The notes under the pieces were generated by a model. It saw nothing but the letters and a program-made list of their open reading frames with translations. It made no database searches and was not told where the DNA came from. The position numbers and the translations under genes are program-made. Positions 25,826-31,073 of a stretch of 31,073 nt of DNA are shown here, in pieces. The stretch comes from a virus (Duplodnaviria; Caudoviricetes): positions 1 through 31,073 of IMG/VR virus record IMGVR_UViG_3300005805_000306, one strand, 5' to 3'. Each line of letters starts with the position of its first letter. The stretch's first letter is position 1.

Positions 25826-26073
25826 AGGAAAAACATTATCCAGCCCCCACCAAAAACGAACGCATCCGTTACATGGAGGCTTTGTTACATCAGTTGAATG
25901 CCGCTCGCACCGCTGGCAATGTTGAATTCATAAGCCGGCTGCTGAATCGCATTGATGATTGGAGCTACGCACATCGCGTGGGCAATGGCGCACTCACTGA
26001 TCGTCAGCAACAGCAACTGATTCACAAAGCCTTCTGGAATAAAATTGCCGGTATTGATTATGGTGAAATGTAA
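25822..26073 (+). CDS. Hypothetical protein
   Basis: ATGA overlap; 83 aa. Confidence 0.7.
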   Translation: MKEKHYPAPTKNERIRYMEALLHQLNAARTAGNVEFISRLLNRIDDWSYAHRVGNGALTDRQQQQLIHKAFWNKIAGIDYGEM

Positions 26074-26145
26074 CAATACCGTTGTGGTAATGTAATAATT
26101 CTGTAAACCTAAAAACAGTAAGTAAACATGAGGAAAAATCAACCA

Positions 26146-29100
26146 ATGAGAACTATTTTTTTGATTTTGTTTTGTGCATCCAGCCTGTGGTCACAAACCG
26201 ATGCTGGTGCTATCTTGGGATCCATCCAGGATAGTGACCGGGCTGTGATCACAGGCGCCACGGTGTCTGTGCAAAACGAAAAGACCGGCCAGATGCGTGA
26301 AACAGTCAGCAATGAAACTGGCCTATACACCATCCCCAATCTCAGCGCCGCTAATTATACCATCAAAATTTCGGCACCTGGCTTTGCCAGTATGCAAAAG
26401 AGTGGTATCCGGCTGAATGTGGGTCAACAGATTGCTGTGAACTTTGTGATGGTACCACAAATTGTGCGTACTGAAGTGGTAGTAGAAGGTGGCGATGTGG
26501 TTGCCGTGGATACTGCCAGTGCCAAAATGGGCGTGAACGTCAGCGAGCGTGAAGTGGCCAACTTGCCACTGAACGGCCGTCAGCTTAGTCAGTTGTATCT
26601 GCTGGCTCCAGGTGCCAACACTGGCGGTGGTGGCAGCTATGACAACATTCGTTTTAGTGGTCGCAGCAATCAGCAGAATGCCATTCGTTATGATGGTGTG
26701 GAGGGAAGCAGCATTGTGGATGCCAGTCCGGGCAATCTGAACGGACAGATCAGCAGCTTCTTCCGTCTGCAAAGCAGCATGGAGAATGTGCAGGAATTCC
26801 GTGTGGAAAGCAACAACTATCCTGCAGAATACGGCACCGGCACAGGCGGTCAGATCACTGTGGTCACCAAGAGCGGTGGCAATCAGTTGCATGGCAGTGT
26901 GTTTGAATACATGCGCAACAGTGCCCTGGATGCTCGCAACTTCTTCGATGGTGCCAGTGTAAATCCGCTGAGACTGAATCAGTTTGGTGCCAGTGCTGGT
27001 GGCGCCATTGTGAAGGATCGTTGGTTTTGGTTTACGAGCAATGAGAATCTGCGCCAGCGACAGAGTATTCCGTTCCGCGAAGCTGTGCCCAGTATCAGTG
27101 CTCGAGCTCGTGCTGTACCAGCAGTGCAGCCATTATTGAGTTTGTTCCCCCAAGGCAACATTCCAACTGCTGATCCCAATGCCACTATTTTAGCAGTGGA
27201 TCGATCACAGATTGTGGATGAAGTTAGCTTTGGTTCACGTATTGACGGCAGAATCAACGATCGTTTGGCAGTTTATGCTCGTTATTTCCGTGACCAGGGC
27301 CACAGTGTTCAGCCCTTGGGCGTGACCGGCAACAGCATCGATGTCACTGCTGTTCCGCAGAATGCAGTGTTCAACACTCAGTGGATCATCAGTCCGCAGA
27401 AGATCAACGAAGCCAAGCTGGGCATCAATGCTTATAAGACTCGTGCCTGGGGTCGTGCTCCTGTAGTAAATGGTTTCAATCCTGCAGACATCAGCGTGAA
27501 TCTCACTGGTGGTGTTGCACTGGCTGGTATCAGCAGTCAGGGTGCAGGCACTGGGTTCAGCACCGCAGGCGGCTTGGTTCGCAGCAACAGCGCCACCAAC
27601 GGACGTGGCCAGCCTTACACCAACACCAGCACTGCACTGATTGATAACTTCAGCTGGATTCAGAACAATCACAACATCAAGATTGGTGGGGAATTGCGCT
27701 GGATTCGTCTGTATACTGATCGGCTGGGCGGTACCACTTACAGCTTCAGCAATGTGGAAGATCTGATCAACAACCGTCCGCTTCAGGTTCAGTTCCTGGG
27801 CGATCTCAGTGCGCCCAGTCCATTCAACAAAAACGCCATCGGCGAACGTGAACTCAATCAATACTTCGCCATTGGTTATGTGCAGGACGAATGGAAACTG
27901 CGTGAAAACATCACTGTGAACTATGGCCTGCGTTATGAGTATTACAGTGTATTCAGAGAAAAGCGTAACCTGGCTGTGAATTGGAATCCTGTGACTGGCC
28001 AGTTGTTAGATCCTGCACTACCAGTTTATCAGAGTGACCGTACCAACTTCAGTCCCAGATTCAGTACCACATGGAGCCCGTTTCGGTGGCAAGGCAAAAC
28101 TGTATTTCGTGTGGGCTCGGGGATTTATTACGGTCCGGGTCAGCCGGAAGATCTGATTCAGCCGTTTGAAAGCGACCGGATCAGCAGCACGCTGACTGGT
28201 GTGACCTATCCAGTCAATACCGCTCAGATTGCAGCCAACTACAACATCAACAGTCCCACTCTGCGATTCCAGCCACGTGCTTATGATCCTGGTTATCGTG
28301 TTCCTGAGAAAGTCTACAGTTACACTGCCAGTGTTCAGCAGCAGGTTCGGGGCAATACCGTTACCCTAGCTTATGTGGGCAGCCTGGGTCGCAACCTGTT
28401 CATCCGCACCTGGGGCAATCGCATAGTGGGTGTGAATACCAACCCAGTCACTGGTGCAGCCATAGTGGCTCGCGAGTTTGGAGACCGGTGGGCCGAAGTT
28501 GACGTCAAGACCAGCGGCGGCAATGACCACTACAATGCTCTGCAGGCCACAGCTAACCGCAAGACTCGCAGCGGCTTCAATTATGGTGTGAGCTATACTT
28601 GGGGACGTTCGATTGGCAGCAGCGGTGGTTCCAATGAAACTGTCACGGTGGCTGACAGCTACAACTGGCGGCGTGACTATGGCAACAATGCTGCTGACAT
28701 TCGTCACAATCTCAACACTGTGATGCTGTACGAAGGCAGCAAAGGTCGGCTGAACAATTGGCAGTTTGGCGGCATCCTGAACACTCGTTCGGGTCTGCCA
28801 CTGGATCCACTGATTGTGCGCAATGACGTAATTTATCGAGATCAGCGTAATGGTTTATACTACAATAACCCTGTGGTAGAAAACGGAGTGGTTCACACTC
28901 GCGCTGAAATTAACGTACCCGGAGGCGGTCAGACCAGACAGATTCGTCGTCCGGATTACGTGGCAGGTGTCAGCCCTTATGTTAAGAGCAACGGCACATT
29001 GTACCTGAATAGTGCTGCGTTTAGCACTCCACTGCCAGGTACATTTGGCAACGCATCCCGATACAGTCTGCGGGGCCCAGCTCTTTTCCAAACCGACATC

Positions 29101-29379
29101 ACGGTTCAACGCCGAATCCGACTCAGTGAACAGTTTAACCTGATTGTTCGTGCTGAATTTTACAACGTGTTCAACCGTGCAAACTTTGCTAACCCGCCTG
29201 CTCAGTTACCCAACGCTCTGCCCAGCAGACCTGGTCAGAGCAATACTGTGCAGCCCGGGCAAGCATTTGGTCCCAGCACTCAGGGTGCAGCATTTGGTGT
29301 GATTAACAGCACACTGGATCGCACAGTGGGTCTGGGCACCAGTCGACAGATTCAGTTGAGTTTGCGACTGAATTTTTAG
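26146..29379 (+). CDS. TonB-dependent outer-membrane transporter, Oar/Acidobacteriota type (N-terminal carboxypeptidase-regulatory domain, plug, barrel)
   Basis: Signal peptide, ILGSIQD...GLYTIPNL, LPLNGR, VQEFRV...AEYG...VTKSGGN, NQFGASAGG, YVQDEWK...NYGLRYE, NFSPR, RAEFYNVFN, terminal RQIQLSLRLNF (alternative start 26128). Confidence 0.93.
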   Translation: MRTIFLILFCASSLWSQTDAGAILGSIQDSDRAVITGATVSVQNEKTGQMRETVSNETGLYTIPNLSAANYTIKISAPGFASMQKSGIRLNVGQQIAVNFVMVPQIVRTEVVVEGGDVVAVDTASAKMGVNVSEREVANLPLNGRQLSQLYLLAPGANTGGGGSYDNIRFSGRSNQQNAIRYDGVEGSSIVDASPGNLNGQISSFFRLQSSMENVQEFRVESNNYPAEYGTGTGGQITVVTKSGGNQLHGSVFEYMRNSALDARNFFDGASVNPLRLNQFGASAGGAIVKDRWFWFTSNENLRQRQSIPFREAVPSISARARAVPAVQPLLSLFPQGNIPTADPNATILAVDRSQIVDEVSFGSRIDGRINDRLAVYARYFRDQGHSVQPLGVTGNSIDVTAVPQNAVFNTQWIISPQKINEAKLGINAYKTRAWGRAPVVNGFNPADISVNLTGGVALAGISSQGAGTGFSTAGGLVRSNSATNGRGQPYTNTSTALIDNFSWIQNNHNIKIGGELRWIRLYTDRLGGTTYSFSNVEDLINNRPLQVQFLGDLSAPSPFNKNAIGERELNQYFAIGYVQDEWKLRENITVNYGLRYEYYSVFREKRNLAVNWNPVTGQLLDPALPVYQSDRTNFSPRFSTTWSPFRWQGKTVFRVGSGIYYGPGQPEDLIQPFESDRISSTLTGVTYPVNTAQIAANYNINSPTLRFQPRAYDPGYRVPEKVYSYTASVQQQVRGNTVTLAYVGSLGRNLFIRTWGNRIVGVNTNPVTGAAIVAREFGDRWAEVDVKTSGGNDHYNALQATANRKTRSGFNYGVSYTWGRSIGSSGGSNETVTVADSYNWRRDYGNNAADIRHNLNTVMLYEGSKGRLNNWQFGGILNTRSGLPLDPLIVRNDVIYRDQRNGLYYNNPVVENGVVHTRAEINVPGGGQTRQIRRPDYVAGVSPYVKSNGTLYLNSAAFSTPLPGTFGNASRYSLRGPALFQTDITVQRRIRLSEQFNLIVRAEFYNVFNRANFANPPAQLPNALPSRPGQSNTVQPGQAFGPSTQGAAFGVINSTLDRTVGLGTSRQIQLSLRLNF

Positions 29380-29428
29380 TGGTGTATAATAATTGGGCTA
29401 CCTGAACTAAATAGTCTGGGTAGCCCAA
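29362..29428 (+). promoter_or_regulatory. Sigma70-like promoter followed by a hairpin enclosing a TAAATA motif
   Basis: TTGCGA-17-TATAAT; TTGGGCTACC 29393-402 / GGTAGCCCAA 29419-28 flank CTAAATA. Confidence 0.55.
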
Positions 29429-29453
29429 ACAGCTTCCCAAAGGAGTAAAATCA

Positions 29454-29915
29454 ATGACAATTCTGATACTCCTGGTAACGGCAATTCTGATCGTACTGTA
29501 CAGAAGAACGGAGAAAACCATGATCGACATCAAAGGTCTTATCGCAAAAGTAGATGCTCTAACTGCAATTGTTCCCAACATCAAGGCAGATTATGAGAGT
29601 TTGAGTGCAACTGTGGCTGAACTACAGGCCAAAGTTGCCAGCATGGAAGGAGTGGATCCTGAACTGCAAGCTCTGATCGACAGTCTGGATGCCAAGCTGG
29701 GTTCCAGCCTGGAAACACTCAAGGCTCTGGATGAAAGCGTTCCTGGCGCTGCGCCAGCAGCACCAGCAGCACCAGCTGAACCTGCTCCTGCTGAGCCTGT
29801 GATTGAAGAATCGCCTGCACCTGTTGAGCCCGAACCTGCTGTGGAAGAAACACCTGCTGCTCCTGTTGAAGAAGTGGTAGCAGAACCAGCTGCTGAAGAA
29901 AAGCCAGCTGAATAA
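29454..29915 (+). CDS. N-terminal TM + coiled coil + Pro/Ala/Glu-rich tail protein (second possible start 29520)
   Basis: SD aaggag before 29454 and ggag before 29520; PAAPAAPAEPAPAEP low-complexity tail. Confidence 0.8.
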   Translation: MTILILLVTAILIVLYRRTEKTMIDIKGLIAKVDALTAIVPNIKADYESLSATVAELQAKVASMEGVDPELQALIDSLDAKLGSSLETLKALDESVPGAAPAAPAAPAEPAPAEPVIEESPAPVEPEPAVEETPAAPVEEVVAEPAAEEKPAE

Positions 29916-29920
29916 CCATC

Positions 29921-29951
29921 AGATGGGCGGAGGATGACTTCCGCCCATCTT
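29921..29951 (+). terminator. Stem-loop, probable terminator
   Basis: AGATGGGCGGAG...TTCCGCCCATCT. Confidence 0.7.
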
Positions 29952-29961
29952 ATCATACAAG

Positions 29962-29999
29962 TTGAAACATCAGCTAAATACTGTTATAATAAAAGAGTA
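29962..29999 (+). promoter_or_regulatory. Early promoter with nested TAAATA late motif
   Basis: TTGAAA-17-TATAAT-AAAAGAGTA; CTAAATA in the spacer. Confidence 0.75.
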
Positions 30000-30173
30000 A
30001 TGGAACAGCACAAAAGAACTGTAGCCAGATCAGCCAGTTGGAGAATTACTGCAACCATAATTACTGCATTATGGACTGGCATCGAATCGGCAATTTGGAT
30101 GAATCTAATCATGACAGTGGTGCATTATCTACACGAAAGGATTTGGCTCAAGCTAGAATGGGGTAAATCTTAA
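30000..30173 (+). CDS. DUF2061-like small membrane protein
   Basis: HKRTVARSASWRITAT...HYLHERIW..LEWG. Confidence 0.8.
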   Translation: MEQHKRTVARSASWRITATIITALWTGIESAIWMNLIMTVVHYLHERIWLKLEWGKS

Positions 30174-30182
30174 TCTACAAGT

Positions 30183-30535
30183 TTGATAGGTGATGATCTA
30201 GACTGAAGGCATCGTGGACCTGGGTTCGACTCCCAGCGCCTCCACCAAAAGCACGTGGGTTCGATCCCCACCGTTCAAGGACACCCGAAAGGGACAATGG
30301 ACACTTGCGATGACTAGGGTCGTGTGCTTTTGAAGGGGGCGAAATGGTTTCGACAGGATGAGCTAGGAACGGGGAATCTATCCGGCAGACGACTACCGCA
30401 ACAGCGTGAACTTATAAATGCCAATTCTAACGAATGGTACAATCTCGGTGAATACAGCTTCGAAACCGAAGCTGGGCTAGCAGTAGCCTAACCGAATGAG
30501 TTAGATAAGCCCTCGGAAACAGAATGCTTATCACA
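30183..30535 (+). ncRNA. ssrA: Circularly permuted (two-piece) tmRNA
   Basis: Acceptor piece first: GGAC-CTGGG-TTCGACT-CCCAG-CGCCTCC-A-CCA ending at 30247. Coding piece starts GGGGGCG-AAATGGTTTCGAC at 30335. The 7-bp acceptor stem has G3.U70. Helix-2 pairings: AGGATG/CATCGT, CTAG/CTAG, TCTATC/GATAGG. Resume context ATAAAT-GCC. Outer ends are approximate. Confidence 0.92.
30420..30491 (+). other. tmRNA tag reading frame ANSNEWYNLGEYSFETEAGLAVA*
   Basis: GCC AAT TCT AAC ... CTA GCA GTA GCC TAA; terminal hairpin GGCTA-GCAG-TAGCC. Confidence 0.85.
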
Positions 30536-30536
30536 G

Positions 30537-30560
30537 AAAAGCCGCGCAAGCGGCTTTTTT
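30537..30560. terminator. Bidirectional intrinsic terminator
   Basis: AAAA-GCCGC-GCAA-GCGGC-TTTTTT between convergent units. Confidence 0.85.
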
Positions 30561-30670
30561 ATTATCTGAATAAGTAAGAAGAATTAGTTTTGCACTTATT
30601 TCTCCAACAATAGGGGACCCCTCAGTGGGTCAATGTTACCTTTTTGTACCCAATTTGACGATGACAAATT

Positions 30671-31073
30671 TCATATATCTCGCTTACTTGATTTTCCAAT
30701 CAATATAGGTTCAAATTTTGACCAAATATTGTAATGAATTGCATAATATTCCCCATGAATCAAAATTTCATGACCCATTTTCAATGCAGAAATCAAACTG
30801 TCGTTTTTCATTTTATATTTGTCTTGAAAACTTTTCAAATCATATTTAGGTGATCTACCTGTGAGTTGATCAAGATAAGGAATAAGTGGCGAGTCTGGAA
30901 AGTATTTCTTAATAATTTTTGCTGAATAGCTGTTAATCCAGGTATCTCCTTCTATCAACAATTCTAAGACTTCAGCATACACATAGTGTCTCCCAATTTG
31001 ATCATTTACATTTTTTGGTAAATTCTCTAATTTATCGATTGCGTTCTGGATTTTTTTAATTTCTTTAGTTAAT
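30671..31073 (-). CDS. Partial AT-rich hypothetical protein (5' end beyond window)
   Basis: Frame of ORF 30671-30982 stays open to the right edge (LTKEIKKIQNAIDKLENLPKNVNDQIGRHYVYAEV...). Confidence 0.75.
   Translation of the reverse strand, partial: LTKEIKKIQNAIDKLENLPKNVNDQIGRHYVYAEVLELLIEGDTWINSYSAKIIKKYFPDSPLIPYLDQLTGRSPKYDLKSFQDKYKMKNDSLISALKMGHEILIHGEYYAIHYNIWSKFEPILIGKSSKRDI

Noticed and set aside
30216-30271. Apparent tRNA gene(s) or an attP-like tRNA 3' fragment from the two TTCGA arms
   Set aside because: There is no anticodon/D-arm cloverleaf. The first arm is explained by the tmRNA acceptor piece and the second lies in its intervening segment. No integrase is present in the window.
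30596-30673. Stop-codon reassignment or TGA read-through of the last minus-strand gene
   Set aside because: Conserved genes end properly at TGA (thyA), TAG (MoxR, VWA) and TAA, and ATGA overlaps are common, so code 11 fits.

Overview
This is a segment of a large (jumbo-type, T4-like late promoter) dsDNA phage genome in standard genetic code. Almost all genes are on the + strand, flanked by two partial minus-strand genes missed or truncated by the ORF track. It encodes 7-deazaguanine precursor enzymes (QueD, atypical QueE), a T4 RNase H-like nuclease, a TOPRIM protein, DHFR and ThyA, and a MoxR AAA+/VWA-peptidase pair. It also carries a dispersed RNA-repair and translation-rescue set: Pnkp, Rnl1, a cyclic-phosphate-processing receiver-like protein and a bL12 CTD protein. 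A tandem array of about 11 (plus outliers) small paralogous genes shares a W-C...F-x-F-x-x-E-x-D-A-x-x-F-x-L motif. A coupled ParB/DGQHR-like plus HNH pair sits behind a structured leader. Acidobacteriota-style envelope genes include a complete TonB-dependent transporter. The most striking item, absent from the ORF track, is a circularly permuted (two-piece) tmRNA gene at about 30183-30535. It has a G3.U70 acceptor stem, a 23-codon tag (ANSNEWYNLGEYSFETEAGLAVA) and a long, structured intervening segment containing a second T-arm. Family calls are from motif recognition by eye; no searches were run.
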